DNA of 64,000 bases from the human T2T-CHM13v2.0 reference genome, Homo sapiens (GCF_009914755.1 NC_060929.1), one strand, 5' to 3'. Numbered from the stretch's first letter, positions 30,919 to 45,889 are shown. Numbers and translations are program-made. The notes: generated by a model from the letters alone, not told the origin.

Positions 30919-33355
30919 TCAAAAACAAAAGAGAAATCCATGAACCTACATAATTTATACAATTGTATAGAAGTTAATATACACACATAGTCATACACAC
31001 AGATATACAAATGAGTATGTAGTAGCCCAGGTGATGGTAAGATGATTATTAAATTGAACTAATTTGATGGAATCTGAAGCCTAGAGCCTGAGGTGAACAA
31101 GAAAATAAACTTCGAAATGCATGGTTTTAGTTTGGTTTTAAGAAGTATAGTGATATCAGCTGACATCTGGCTTAAATGAGGATAATAATAATAATAGAAA
31201 ACTATATGAAAAAAGTAGATTCAATTATTTTACATTTTTATATAACCTGCAACATCAACAAAATTAAAAGATAAATGACAGATCTGCTGTATTTGGCAGA
31301 ATAATTCTCATAGATTATTGTTGACAATAATAAAAACCTGAACATTGCAAGTGAACAAATGGGCATGGACTATGAAGAGGCAATTAATAAAAGGAAAATT
31401 ACAAATGTATAACGAATATTTTGGAAAATTTTCAGTTTGAATAAAAAAATGCAAATTAAGATGATAATGGATACCATTGTCACTTACTTGACCAAGGTTA
31501 AAATAAGGATAATACACAATTTTAGACTGAATAGACAATTTTTACAATGTTGGAGGAGTGTGAATTGATATGCTTAAATTTGTTAATGTGAATATCAGCC
31601 TTTAGCTGGAATTTATACTTGAATCACCTGGGGAACTTTTAAATGCAAGGGAAATTGGGTCCTACCTGAGATTGATCAAACTAAAACTTTAATAGTGCAC
31701 ACCCAGGTAACATTTTTTAAAAGCTTCCGAAATAATTATGTGAAGCTAGGATTGAAAAACGTCAATATATATGCCAAGCTTTAAAGTATCTATTTACTTA
31801 TTATTTCTAATTTTCCAATATTATAAATATAAAATTAGTACACAAAGCTTGATGTGTAATAGTGTTCATTAATGTTATAATTGTGCAAATTAATTAAACT
31901 AATTAAAATTAAATTAATTAATTAAATTAATATTTAAATTACAATTTAAATTAAATAAATTTAAAAAATATTGTGCCCAATAATTATTATACTATACACT
32001 AATGAAAATCATATTAAGAAACTATCATATGAAAATCTTCATTATTCATTGACAGTGAGTACAAAACTGTATATAGAGCATGATTCAAAATCTGTGAACC
32101 ATTACATACACATTCTATTCTTTACTAGAAAAAGTATTGAATGACTTATTTTACATACTTAATATAACTTATCTCTGGGTAAACTGCAAAAAAACTTTAC
32201 AGTGTTATAATATTATAAGTATGTAATTAACAGTTGGGTTTAAAATCTTGCATTGGGATTCATTGTACAAGGGTTGTTCAACCTATGATAAAGCCAGACA
32301 GGAGAAATGGAAAAACATTTTTTTGTGTGTGCTAAACACTTTCAGTGGATCAGTAGTCCAAATACTCTTATCAGCTCTTTCCTCTTTTCATTTATCCAGC
32401 CTAAGTGTTCATTTCAGTCCTGACCTCTAGATTCTGTTCAGATAGATGACTTCTTTAGCCTAAAAAATGAGAGCCAGGTTGCTGAGCAAGAAATTGTAAT
32501 ATGCCCCAGTTTTTGAGTAAATTAGGGAAGTGGAAGAAGCAGGAAGTATTTCTGGTTGTCCAGGATGAAATTTTTAATATACTTCCTAAAGAGAAACATG
32601 CTTACACATGATGGATAGTTTGTGGAGTGGTCTTCCTAACAGATTTCTGTACATTGTGATTCAAATAGGCTTGTAGTGACTGGACTGGCAACCCAATCAT
32701 TACCGTAATGTTTATTTGATGGAAGAATACATTTGCCGATAACACATGTGACATACAGTATGTTTGAAAATTGAGAATTGTTTTTAATGCCTGGGTAAAG
32801 AGAAGTGATGCAGGGTTGCATTGTTAGATATCACAGAACCTTGTTCCAGAAATTGCATCTTTAGGAGACTCTTTTCCTGAGGATGCCATTTTTCATTATG
32901 AGACCATGGTGATAAGTAAGTTTTACCAGATGTTTTCTTCACTAGAAATTTATCACTAGAAGATGTACTAGGCAGGAGCAGTTTTTCAAAGCAAGATTAT
33001 ACATGTGATATCAAAGAATGCTTGCTGATTTTGCTGTTTACATCTCTCCAAAGTGACTAATAGATTGATAGGGGAAGTAATATTTTAAAAGCTATTGAAT
33101 TAGTTCCATACTTCTAAGGGAAATTTGTCAATTTAACACGTGTTCTTTACACATTAGGTGATTCAAGATTGGTTTGATCAGGTCTTAGAATTAAATATGT
33201 TCTTGTTTCCATAGTATGCCTAGATGTATTCATCACTGTAACAAAAGTGCCTAGCCCAGCCTTGAGCCTACCCAATTATGTTGCCAGATAACTGTATTTA
33301 AAATGGACAGCAAGCTATGAGCATGAGATCATTCATTTTTAATAGTTAACTTGCC

Positions 33356-33583
33356 AGCCTAGGCAACATGGCAAAACCTTATCTCTACAAAAAATACAAA
33401 AATTAGACAGGCATGGTGGCATGAGTCTGTAGTCCCAGCAACTCAGCAGGCTGAGGTGGGAGGATGGCTTGAGCACCGGAGGTTGAGGGTGTAGTAAGCC
33501 ATGATCGCATCACTACACTCCAGGTTTGGTGGAGTGTAGTGACAGAGAGAGACCCTGTTTGAAGAAAAAAGAAAGAAAAAAAA
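33356..33583 (+). mobile_element. AluJ partial
   Basis: 'ggaggatggcttgagc…gagaccctgtt' with A-rich tail; 5' part missing. Confidence 0.85.
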
Positions 33584-33639
33584 TAGTTAATTTGGCTTTC
33601 ATATACAAATATAAAAAAGCAAGAATAGTTCAATCTTTA

Positions 33640-34220
33640 TAAGACCTAAGGACAGAAATGCCATTCAGCCAAGCAATCCCATTGCTGGGTATATAACCAA
33701 AGGAATAAATCGTTCTACTATAAATGCAACTGTGTGTTCATTGCATACAGATTTTTATCTATTCATTTGCTATCTATTATCATTTGCTATTCATAATAAT
33801 AAAGACATGCAGTCAACCTAAATGCTCTTCAATAATAGACTGGATAAAGTCAATGTGTTACATATACACTATGGAATACTATGCAGCCAAAAAAATGAGA
33901 TCATGTCATTTGCAGTGACATGGAGAGAGCTGGAGGCCATTATCCTTTAGGAAAATAACACAAGAACAGAAAACGAAGTATCTTATATTCTCACCTGTAA
34001 GTGGGAGCTAAATGATGAGACCACATGGACACATAGAGGGGAGCAACACACTGGAGCCTATCAGAGAGTGGAGGGTGGGAGGAGAGAGAAAATTAGGAAA
34101 GGTAACTAGTGGGTACTAGGCTTAATACCTGGGTGATGAAATAATCTATACAACAAACCCCCATGACACACATTTAGCTATGTAACAAGCCTGAACATAT
34201 ACCGTGGACTTAAATTTTTT
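33640..34220 (+). mobile_element. Primate L1 3' end (older L1PA-like)
   Basis: 'agcaatcccattgctgggtatata…gtgggagctaaatgatgag…caaacccccatgacaca'. Confidence 0.85.
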
Positions 34221-37200
34221 AAAGGCAAGAATGTTAGAAATTAATGACATTTGCATTTGCTTTCCAATCTGACTACTTGAAAATTAGATGTAAAATGCTG
34301 TAGAGAATGCCTTCATATAGAGTGGGTACAGCTGTTTCCATGTGAGACTTGGGGTTACATGATTCCCTAATCTCAAATTACTAGCACTATTAGGATAGAA
34401 TGAGTAGTCCAATTCTCTCTGTGTGTGTGTGTGTTTGCCAAAATATAGAATCGCTTGTCCTAGGGTAATTCATCTGAGGAGAAAAAATTAAAACTAAGTA
34501 AACTAGATACAAAAATGTGTTGTTTATATCAGAAGAAAACAAGGTTAGAGACAGACTGATTTAATAGAAAAAAACACTGAAATCTGAGAGCTAAATTATC
34601 TTGGCCTGAGATGAGAGCAAAAAGCAACTGGGAAGAAATGTAGGGGAAAACTGACAAGATTGCTGATGGTATCAGTTGGAAAGCAAGTGTTGAGTTAGGT
34701 TTCCTCAGGTGAATCAGAGTCTCAGTAGGTGCATATTTGGGGCTGAATTGGACAAGGACGGATACAGATGGAAACCTTTAGGAGAAAAGGGTAATGTCAA
34801 TGTCAATATGTAAGGAGAGACAGTATTAAGCATTAGGACTTGTTGATGCATTAATGTTTGATTAGATTTTTTTCTGATGGAAGATGTTTCCTTTAGATAA
34901 CTTCAAAAATGATATTTTAAGAATAACACAAAAATAACTTATTGCACTAGCCTAAACTAGCTGCTATGTGTATTTTGGTATGTGTCCTTCCAGAAATTTT
35001 GTAATTTATAAATAATTAACACATGTATATTATATAGATTGATTTGTATTTCAATGTATACTATCTTATTTTTAAAACAAATTTAAAATATACTATTTGT
35101 AAAGTTTTCATCGCCTTTTAATAAACGTTTTAGCAAGTAATTAAATATTACCCGATGAAACATAATTTTAATTACAAAAATTGTTTCAACATAGGGAAAT
35201 TCATATTTTTATGGATTATTTTAGTTTTTAATTATAAAATAAACTATTTGGAGTTTGTATCTGTCATTTTTAATATGAATTTCTAAAAATAGGCACATAT
35301 GCACAGTTTTAAGTTCCTTAATATTTTTTACAAATTGTCTTCCAGAGAGTTAGTTCCATGTTGTAGTTCTGCCATCAGTTTTTTATGAAATATTTCAAAT
35401 ATAGAAAATATATTTTATTATTTAATCTTGGGTATATTTTCGAAGAAGGTCAAGAACTATTCCTCAACTAACTCAATTGATATTTAAGAAACTCTTTCAT
35501 AGAAGCTATAATGCATTTTCCAAGTTTACCTTGTTGAGTTCACAAGGTGATTTGGGACTTTATTTAGCCTTACATGTTAAAGTTGAGTGAAATAGGACAA
35601 TCAGACTGTAAAAACTTCCATGTCAAACAGTCTGATGGGAATAATCTCAATATGTTACTTTCATAATAACAAACGATAGATTAAGAAACATTGACAGGAT
35701 CTTTTGAATACTAGGAATATATTAGAAACATCTATTTCAGTGTAGAGTCTGATTTACTATCTATATTTTGATTCTTTTAAAAGACTTATGATACCTATTC
35801 AACTTTTTTTTTTCAAAAAAAAAAAAACAGACTTTCAGAAGTCTTCATGAGTATGGCTTTAATTAATCTTGGTCAAAATTTAAATGAATTAAAAATGATA
35901 AAAATGGATACTGATGTTCATAATTGACCAATGTATTTACAATGTTGTTGGGTAAATGTGTTCTGCTTTATAATTCTGCTCAGCTTTCTTTGAGCTATAC
36001 TTCCAGTTTTCTTACAATTTAACTTATCATAATTCAACTTTAACATAATTCACGTTTTTAATAATTGCTTTGTAGAGGATAGAGCAATTTCTAATATTTA
36101 TATTGGAAAATATGTATGAACTTTGATAGTTTTAGAGTGAGCAAGATATGGAAAGAATATTAACATTACTTAAATGCAAGTGTTGCTACTTACATTTTAC
36201 ATATTCCTTAAAGAGAAGTTCATTATTCCTGAAAAGGGGAAATGAAACACAAATGAAATATCAGTAGGAAAGCAATATGAGCAATGGTAGGTTGCTGTAA
36301 TTAGCTGGAATACCAGTTTTATTGCTTCCCTCTTCATTCCTACATCTGAGGATCTCTAGATTCCTTTGGCTCTGATCTTAGAGGTATAAACTCAAAAAAG
36401 ATTTACTGAGAATTGTTCTACAGAGTAATTTGATATTAAAAATCTTGTGTTGAATAGGGAGGAATTTGTTTTAGCTGCACAAAAGGAAACAATAGAATTC
36501 TAAGAAAAAACTCAGGACTTTGAATTATAGAGGTTTTAACAATGTCTAATATCTGGTAATTATTTTCTTTCTGTACATAGAGAAAAACAGGATATTCTCC
36601 CTGAAGAATACTACTGCATTTTCTACATCATTAAAATAGTAATAGTATGTACATTAGGAAATGGAAGAATGTTATGTAATTGGATAGTCTCACAGATGAA
36701 AAGAAATAAAAACTTACAAGAACAAATTAGGGCAGGGATATGCAAATTTTCCCAATTCAGGGAACAAAGGAAAGACAAAGAGGAGAGACTAAAATATATA
36801 AATATAATATTTACAGATGGATCAATAAAAATATTCCATACTTTATGAATATTTTAAAAATAGTTATTATATGTTGTAGTTACTTTGGCTGAAGTCATAG
36901 CTGAAATAATGGCTTTATCTTGTTTTATTAGCAAGACATAGGAAAATGCTGTACTTTTAAGCAGAACTAGTTATGTAAAGTAGGCTTTTTTGAAATCCCT
37001 TTTGAAATCCTTTTGAAACTTTTGCTGCTGCTTTTATTCACACCATTATGAAATACAAACTAGATTATGAGGTAGGGTACCTCATTGTGATTTTAGTTTA
37101 TATTTTCTTGTTATTTACCTGGATTGAGTTGCATTTCTTATGTGTATGTGCCACTTGGATATTTTCTTTTGTGAAGTGCCTATTCAAATATTTTGTACCT

Positions 37201-37554
37201 TTTATACTAGTTTGATTGTCTTTTTTTCCCTATTGGTTAGTAGGAAATCTTCACATATTTTGAATCTTTATATATTTTTGAGTTCTTTGTCAGGTACATA
37301 TGCATACACACACATAGTTAAAATCTTCAACTCTATGTGTTGCAATTTCACTCTTTTACTGGTATCTTTTGATAACTTGAACATTTTAATTATAATCTTA
37401 TCTAATTTACTATATTTTTCTTTATAACTATCACTTTTTGTCTTATATAAATCAAGAAAGCTTTGTTTATCCCAATGACGTAAAGATGTTCTTTTTCTCT
37501 AAAAGCCTTATTGTTTTATCTTTCACTTTGAAATCTATAATCTTTTTCTTTTTA

Positions 37555-39630
37555 TTGTATTCTTTATTTTTTCCATAAGTTACAGGGGTACAGGTGGTAT
37601 TTGGCTACATGAATAAGGTCTTTAGTGGTGATTTGTGAGATTTTGGTGTGCCTATCACCTGAGCAGTATACACCGCACAATATTTATAGTCTTTTATCCC
37701 TCGCCCCCCTCCCACTCTCCCCCCCAAGTCCCCAAAGTCCATTGTGTCATTCTTATGCCTTCGCATCCTCAAAGCTTAGCCTCCACATATCAGTGAGAAG
37801 ATACGATGTTTGATTTTTCCATTCCTGAGTTACCTCACCTAGAATAATAGTCTCCAATCTGATCAGGTCACTGCAAATGCTGTTAATTCATTCCTTTTTA
37901 TGGCTGTGTAGTATTTCATTTTATATATATATCCTATATATAGGTATCCTATATGTATCCTATATATATCCTATATATGTATCCTATATGTATCCTATAT
38001 ATGTCCTATATATATGTATCCTATATATATCCTATATATGTATCCTATATATATCCTATATATGTATCCTATATATATCCTATATATGTATCCTATATAT
38101 ATCCTATATATGTATCCTATATGTATCCTATATATATGTATCCTATATATATCCTATATATGTATCCTATATATATCCTATATATGTATCCTATATATCT
38201 TATATATGTATCCTATATATATCCTATATATGTATCCTATATATATCCTATATATATGTATCCTATATATCCTATATATGTATCCTATATATATCCTATA
38301 TATATGTATCCTATATATCCTATATATGTATCCTATATATATCCTATATATATGTATCCTATATATGTATCCTATATATGTATCCTATATATGTATCCTA
38401 TATATGTATCCTATATATGTATCCTATATATGTATCCTGTATATGTATCCTGTATATGTATCCTGTATATGTATCCTGTATATGTATCCTGTATATGTAT
38501 TCTTTATGTATCCTATATGTATCCTGTATATGTATCCTGTATATGTATCCTGTATATGTATCCTGTATATGTATTCTTTATGTATCCTATATATATCCTA
38601 TATATATGTATCCTATATGTATCCTATGTATGTATCCTATATATGTATCCTATATATGTATCCTATGTATATGTCCTATATATGTATCCTATGTATATAT
38701 CCTATATATGTATCCTATATGTATCCTACATATATATATCCTGTATATACGTATCCTACATATACGTATCCTACATATACGTATCCTACATATACGTATC
38801 CTACATATACGTATCCTACATATACGTATCCTACATATACGTATCCTATATACGTATCCTACATATACGTATCCTATATACGTATCCTACATATACGTAT
38901 CCTATACGTATCCTATATATACGTATCCTACATGTATCCTATATATACGTATCCTATATATACGTATCCTATATATCCTATGTACGTATCCTATATATAT
39001 CCTATGTACGTATCCTATATATATCCTATGTATGTATCCTATATATAGCCTACATATATGTATCCTATATATAGCCTACATATATGTATCCTATATATGT
39101 ATCCTATATATAGCCTACATATATGTATCCTATGTATGTATCCTATATGTATCCTATATATGTATCCTATATATATCCTATGTGTGTATCCTATATATAT
39201 CCTATATATGTATCCTATATATCCTACACATATGTATCATATATGTATCCTATATATGTATCATATATGTATCCTATATATATGTATCATATATATATCT
39301 TATATATATATCTCATCTCTCTCTCTCTCTCTCTCTGTTTCTTTATCCACTCGTTGGTTGATGGGCATTTGGGTTGGTTCCACGATTTTGCAATTGTGAA
39401 TTGTGCTGCTATCAACATCCATGTGCAAGTGTCTTTTTCAAATAATGACTTACTTTCCTCTGGGTAGATACCCAGTAGTGGGATTGCTGGATCAAATGGT
39501 AGTTCTACTTTTAGTTCTTTAAGGAGTCTCCACACTGTTTTCCATAGTGGCTGTGCTAGTTTACATTCCCACAAACTGTGTAGAAGTGTTCCCTGTTCAC
39601 TGCATCCACGCCAACATCTACTGTTTTTTT
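37555..39630 (-). mobile_element. L1PB-like 3' end carrying a VNTR expansion
   Basis: L1PB 3' UTR 'ttccataagttacaggggtacaggtggtatttgg' and ORF2 C-terminus ([15 protein letters not shown]) on either side of the repeat. Confidence 0.88.
37922..39336. repeat. ~1.4-kb TA-rich minisatellite/VNTR (core GTATCC(TA)nT, 11-15-bp units) ending in (CT)n
   Basis: Roughly 100 tandem units, with variant blocks GTATCCTGTATAT, GTATCCTACATATAC and ATAGCCTACATAT. Confidence 0.98.
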
Positions 39631-39633
39631 ATA

Positions 39634-40678
39634 TGATCTTTGACACACCTGACCAAAACAAGCAATGCAGAAAGAACTCCCTATTCAATAAATGGTTCTG
39701 GGATAACTGGCTAGTCATCTACAGAAGATTGAAACTGGACCCATTCCTTCCACAATATACAAAAATTAACTCAAGATGGATTAAATACTTAAATGTAAAA
39801 CTAAAAACTACAAAAACCTTAGAAGAAAACCTAGGCTATACCCTTCAAGACATAGGCATGGGCAAAGATTTCATAATGAAGACACCAAAGGAAATTGCAA
39901 CAAAAGCAAAAATTGACAAATGGGACCTAATTAAATTAAAGCACTTCTGCACAGCCAAACTATCAACAGAGTAAACAGACCACTTATAGAATGGGAGAAA
40001 ATTTTTGCTATCTATGCATCCTACAAAGGTTTAATATCCAGCATCTATAAGCAACTTAAACAAATTTACAAGAAAAAACGAAACAGCCCCAAAAGCAAAG
40101 GACATGAACGGAAACTTTTGAAAAGAAGACATACATGTAGCCAACAATCGCATAAAAACAGCGCAACATCACTGATCGTTAGATGCAAATCAAAACCACA
40201 ATGAGACACCATCTAACACCAGTCAGAATGGCTACTATTAAAAAATCAAAAAAACAACAGATGCTGGAGAGGTTGTGGAGAAAAAGGAATGCTTATATAC
40301 TGTTGGTGGAAGTGTGAATTTGTTCAGCTATTGTGGAAGACAGTGCAGCAGTTCCTCAAAGATCTAAAGACAAAATACCGTTTGACCCAGCAATCTCATT
40401 ACTGGGTATATACCCAGAGGAATATAAATCATTCTATTATAAAGACACATGCATGTACATGTTCATTGCAGCACTACTTGCAATAGCAAAGACATGGAAT
40501 CAACCTAAATGTCTACTAATGATAGACTAGAAAAAGGAAATGTGCTACATATACACTATGGAATACTATGCAGCCATAAAAAGAGATTGTGTCCTTTGCA
40601 GGTGCATGAATTGAGCTGGAGGCCATTATCTTTTGCAAACTAAAAGAGGAATAGAAAACCAAATAATGCATGTTCTCA
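39634..40678 (+). mobile_element. Older L1PA ORF2 3' fragment
   Basis: Translates to [11 protein letters not shown]…KLDPFL…[13 protein letters not shown]; head-to-head with the L1PB. Confidence 0.88.
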
Positions 40679-43600
40679 AGTTTTTATATTATTTTTAATC
40701 AATTTTTGAGATATTTTCATGTCTTCCATTATGACTGCATATTTGTATATTTATCCTTATAGTTCTGTTAATTTTTGCTTTAACCATTTTAAGACTTTGC
40801 TAATTATTCCATACAGACTTAGAATTGTGATACATTCCTCATAGATTAAGCCTTTATCATTATAGAATGTCTTCTTTACCTTACAAAATGCTTTTTGCCC
40901 TAAAATCTGTAATATATTGATTTAACTATACCACCATTCTTTTGGTTAGTGTTTTAAAATACATATTTTCTATTCCTTTCAATTTCTCTAGTCTTTAAGG
41001 TGTATCTTTTGTATTCAGTATATTATTGAGACTTTTATATAGTATGAAAATCTTAATTTTTTAATTGAAATACTATTTTTTATGATTCATATATTTTAGT
41101 CTATATTTATGTAATTGTAAATCATGCTTTCCATTTTACACACCTGGGTCTTTCCTTTTTTCTCTTTTTTGTCATCTTGGGATAATCTGTGATTAAAAAT
41201 TTATCAATTTTCTTAATTTTATTTACAGTACTTTTTACTTCTAATGTTTCTACTGAACTTAGTGCACAGCTTTTTACATGGCCAAGTTTTTTTTAAATAG
41301 TCTAAAAATACATCTTTTCTACTGTCCTCAAAATAGTTAACATGATAAAAGTTTCCATACAACAAATGTTATAGTTTTCCAAAGCATTTTGTATAATTAT
41401 ATGTACAAAACTAGAACAGAGAAAATGAGGAAGATTTCAACTCCAAATTCTGCCTGTGATCCATGATACCCTGGATAGAATAGGTTTTAGAAATCAGAAA
41501 TACACATAGGTAGCAATATATAGTAGGAATCAGGACTATATATATGTGTGTCTATATGTGCACATATGTGTTACATATAATCTGTACTCAAAAGGAAAAT
41601 ACTCATATGTGTGCACACACAGACAGATTGAGAGAATGGAAGAAAAAAATAAAAAATACCTAATTGGAGAAAAAAGACATTGTGAATAGAGATAATTTAG
41701 ACTTATAACAAGTGTCATGTTAAACTGTGTGCATAGTACAGTACACAAACTTAATACAAAGCTAAATTTATCATCTTTCTTGAGTAAAAGCTGCAGAGAC
41801 ACAACTGGCATAACACTGTTATTCTTTACTATAAAAAAAAAGATTTTCATTCTTTTATATAACTGCTGCCACAATAAATTTTTATAACTGCTGTCATATA
41901 ATTTTTATAAATATAGACATCTAAAATTGATTATTTTAATTTCATATTAATATTATATAAATTTAATATGAAATAAATTTCATGTACCTGATGCTTTTTT
42001 ATAAATTTATTTTCAAACTCTTTGATTTCAATGTCATTTCAGAAGTCTTTTAATTTCATGCTATAATATTAATAAGAATGTCAGTTTCTTTCAGAAGTTG
42101 TCACCTAAGCCATATAAAAATCTTGGTTTCTGAAGCAGGAGAGCTTAAATTAATAGTAGTTTTGTTTGTTCAACCAGTCAATGAACATCTTTATAATCTC
42201 AGTGAAATATATCATCAGCCCCTCTTTCCTTAAGAGAACAAACCTGTTAGTAAAATACATTTGTAAAGGCATTATTTGTAGCATTACATCTTAATCTGAC
42301 CCAAGGGTTATGTTAACAGCCTATTACATGTCATTTCCGTTCTTCATCTTTGCCAGTTCATTCTTACTAAATAATTTCTTTAAGTGGAAACTTCCTATGA
42401 AAGATTGTCATTTTGAGGTTATGGGAATTTGGAAATTCTCTATAACTGAACATCAAGTAGTCAGTTTGTCAAAACTTCCTATCTCTTATCTATCAATCAT
42501 ATGCTTTTGAATCAGTTTGAGATAAAGCTTTTTCTGGCTGTGATGACTTTCTGATTTATTAGAATCTGCATTGTGTATCTTTTGTTAGTAACCATGTGAC
42601 TTGATACGGGAACAGACTCGTTTTCAAAAACGTTGAAAAGATCTATTCTGGAGAATTGCATCTTATTTTTCACAGTGACAACCCTGAGATTGTGGGATTT
42701 GCCTTTGGTATACAAATAAAAATTTAACTTTAGGCACCCAATCCAACATGGCAGAAATACAAACATCTTCAGGGCTATGCTGACTGCTGCTACTCATCTT
42801 AAACTCATAGAATGAATTGAAGCCAACCATTATGTGAATGGCACTCAAGAGCTGTGGGGACTTGTGATAGAGCCCAGGTGACATTTTTTGTCTCTCTACA
42901 TAAAAATTAATAGAAATATTCCACTTATGATTCCTTTAATCAACAATGAATATTCTTTCCCCCTGTGCTATAAGAAAATGATTAAAATTTGAGGGAGCAT
43001 GCCATTTAGAATCCTTTGTAGGGCAGAAATGAGACTCTCTTTCTTGGCACCATGAGATTACCTAAGCATCCCATAGCCTCTTTAGAAATGACAAGGAAAA
43101 GAAAAGACAGTTTAAACCATTGGGGCTTTACATAAAAGAGTCTGGAAGAAACAGTTTTAATTGGAGAGGACTGCAAAATCTTGTTAAGCAAACTTCAATT
43201 CCATCCACCCATCCCGGGGGAAGAAGATTAGGTCAGTTACAAAAAATAAAGAGGCTACATTATTCCATCTTTCCTTCACATTTTCATAAATACATGTTCT
43301 TTTATCCTGTTAACACATTACAGAACATACAAACCCTTTCATTAGAGATATAGTTAGTTACCCACCAGGTGCAGGAAAACATTTTTGGGGGTTTTCTGCC
43401 AATGTCTATGAAGTGTTGGACACAAACAGTGTCCTGATCTCCAAAGTCTTGGAGTACATGGTGTACTTCAAACTGTAGGGTGCTGAATGTTCCGCTGCAC
43501 ATGTCTTTGTCCAAGATTTTATTTGCCATGTTCCTGGAACTTTCACATTTCTGTCAGACACTAGTTATTCATTTGTTTACTTTTTTGGCTGTCTTGAGAA

Positions 43601-44696
43601 ACTAAATTATATTTATATTGACTATCTTCTTTACTTTTTTCTCCCTCCCTTCCTCCATGTCTCTCCCTTCCTTCTTTTTTTTCAACTTAAGTGTTGTCAC
43701 TGTTTCTATCTTTCCACTGAAGAGAGCTATAAATATGCCTGGCTTTTTCAAAGAGCAAAATGCAGACTTACGTCTTCAGTGTAGTACAAACTTACCAGAG
43801 CAAATTTTAATCTAGATAGGGGTGTAAAGACATGAGAATGTTCAATTCTGTAAGAACGTTCAATGTTAGTAAAACAGTAGGTTCCCTAAAATACTTGAGA
43901 TTTTTCAGATACAAGATGTTTGGCAAAATTTATAAAAGCTGATATTTCAAATTCTACAGAACTGAATTTCATCGTTATTTATTTGAAAGCAATATTATTC
44001 AAATTAAGACTATTATACATTTCCTATTCTATTTTATTTATAGATTTCAATCAGTAGGTCTTCGTACTGCCAAAATTAATCTCAGAGTAATATGAGAAAA
44101 ATGAACATGTTCTTAGTCCAAGAATAATAAGGGTATTTTAAGCAACCGGAAGGCCATTTGGGACAAATGAAATATGAGCTTCTGTTCCTGGGTATTTTGT
44201 CAAAGGAATTAGGCTGAATACGGCAATAACCAGTTTCTCTTATCTTTGCTTAAAATCAGTACAAAATAACCTTCTGGTGAAGGATAACAACAAAGCAAGT
44301 TTTAGTTTTCCAAAATTTCCTTTATCTGCTTAGAACAAATTCTGTCATAATTTTAGCTTAAGTTCATATGGGCAACTAAACGTGTTAAAAAAATAACATT
44401 AAAATATTTATAAAATTTATCCACAGATTGTTAGTAATTAAATATTATAAGTATTAAAATACATTTGCAAGGGTGTTATTAGTTTTATGTATAATTTAGT
44501 ATATTCCAGAAATACGTGTGACTGTTGAGCATTTGTTAATTTCAGAGACATCTATACGGTGCTAGTAGTTCTAGTTCTAGCAGTTCAGCCATTAGCTGAT
44601 GTACAGTAGTGTCACTTATTATTTTATTCATCGTAGGACTAAAAGCAAATTTCCTAGCCATAGTTAGACAGATGAGGTTTTAAAATATCCTGATTC

Positions 44697-45024
44697 GTCT
44701 GGGCACAGTGACACATGCCTGTAATCCCAGCACTTTGGGAGGCCGAGGCGGGTGGATCATGTGAGGTCAGGAGAGTGAGACCAGCTTGGCCAACATGGTG
44801 AAACCCTGTCTCTACTAAAAATACAAAAATTAGCCAGGTGTCGTGGTGCACAACTGTAATTCCAGCTACTCGGGAGACTAAGGCAGGAGAATCATTTGAA
44901 CCCGGGAGCAAAGGTTGCAGTGAGCGAAGATCGCACTACGGCACCCTAGCCGGGTGATAGAGTGCGACTTCCGTCTCAAAAAACAAACAAACAAACAAAA
45001 AATAGTAATAAAATAAAAGTAAAA
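44697..45024 (+). mobile_element. AluS
   Basis: Dimeric Alu; 16-bp TSD taaaatat[c/t]ctgattc (44681-44696, 45025-45040). Confidence 0.95.
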
Positions 45025-45889
45025 TAAAATATTCTGATTCCCAGGCTGCGTTCCAGACCAAAGAGATCAAACTGCTGAGTAGTACCCACCAGTAGGATAA
45101 TGCCGTTTTATCAACTTAATCTAACTTTCAGAATTGTTGATTTGAATCTTCAGTTATAAATAGAACATTCTGATTAATACATAGAATTCCTTAATCACAT
45201 AGAAATTTCTCATCACTTCTTCCTCTATAACCCACAAAATTAGTAAAATATACCTTATTGCCATTACTGGAAACTGTAAAATTATGTGTAAATTATTTAA
45301 AAACTGTATAGAACTGTGTAAGAACTGTGTAGAGAGTGTTAAAGGTTATGTCTTAGGCATAGTTCATTTTCATAAGCTTTCAATGCTGTGATACTACTTT
45401 TGGCATTTAGTAATTTCCAAAGATTATGAGAAATATCTGAGCCCAATGTTTGTGATCAAGATAATTTTCTTTAATAAACCAAGAAGTTTGAACCAAGAAA
45501 ATTCTGTTAGTTTTAATGACTAAGACATTTAATTTTCTCAGACCTCTGTAAAATTTATCACATATAGTAAAAGAAGACTAATATCATCCAATACAATTAC
45601 ATGCATATCCACTATGGTATACTGGAAAATCAAACTGCCTGAAATTGGATTATAATCTGTTAGCAGATTAATACGTTATTTTTTGGTACAGAAAAATTGA
45701 TAGCATTGATAGAAGAGAGGAGAGTATTTTCATTTTTCATGGTTCTTCAGGGACAACTGGTAACGGCTTAGTAGTTTCTTCAGCCATATTAGCTCAAACA
45801 GATAGTAACCACTAAAAGCCTCAGAATTTATATCAGCGTTATTTTTATAAAAACACAAATGTATATATACCCAGATATTTGCATTGTGT

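Noticed and set aside
37922-39336. CRISPR-like or other repeat-spacer array
   Set aside because: There are no unique spacers; the units are contiguous variants of one motif in a primate genome.
37877-39467. Long ORFs (494, 373 and 344 aa) rich in Y/I/S/C/P
   Set aside because: They are translations of the TA-rich VNTR, whose + strand lacks stop codons in all frames. They have no coding features.
41939-41974. 12-bp inverted repeat ATTTCATATTAA…TTAATATGAAAT
   Set aside because: Expected by chance in very AT-rich DNA and too short for a pre-miRNA or MITE.
42663-42884. ORF ending in …GCHCEK, suggestive of a cystine-knot C-terminus
   Set aside because: It lacks the other conserved cysteines and a signal peptide.
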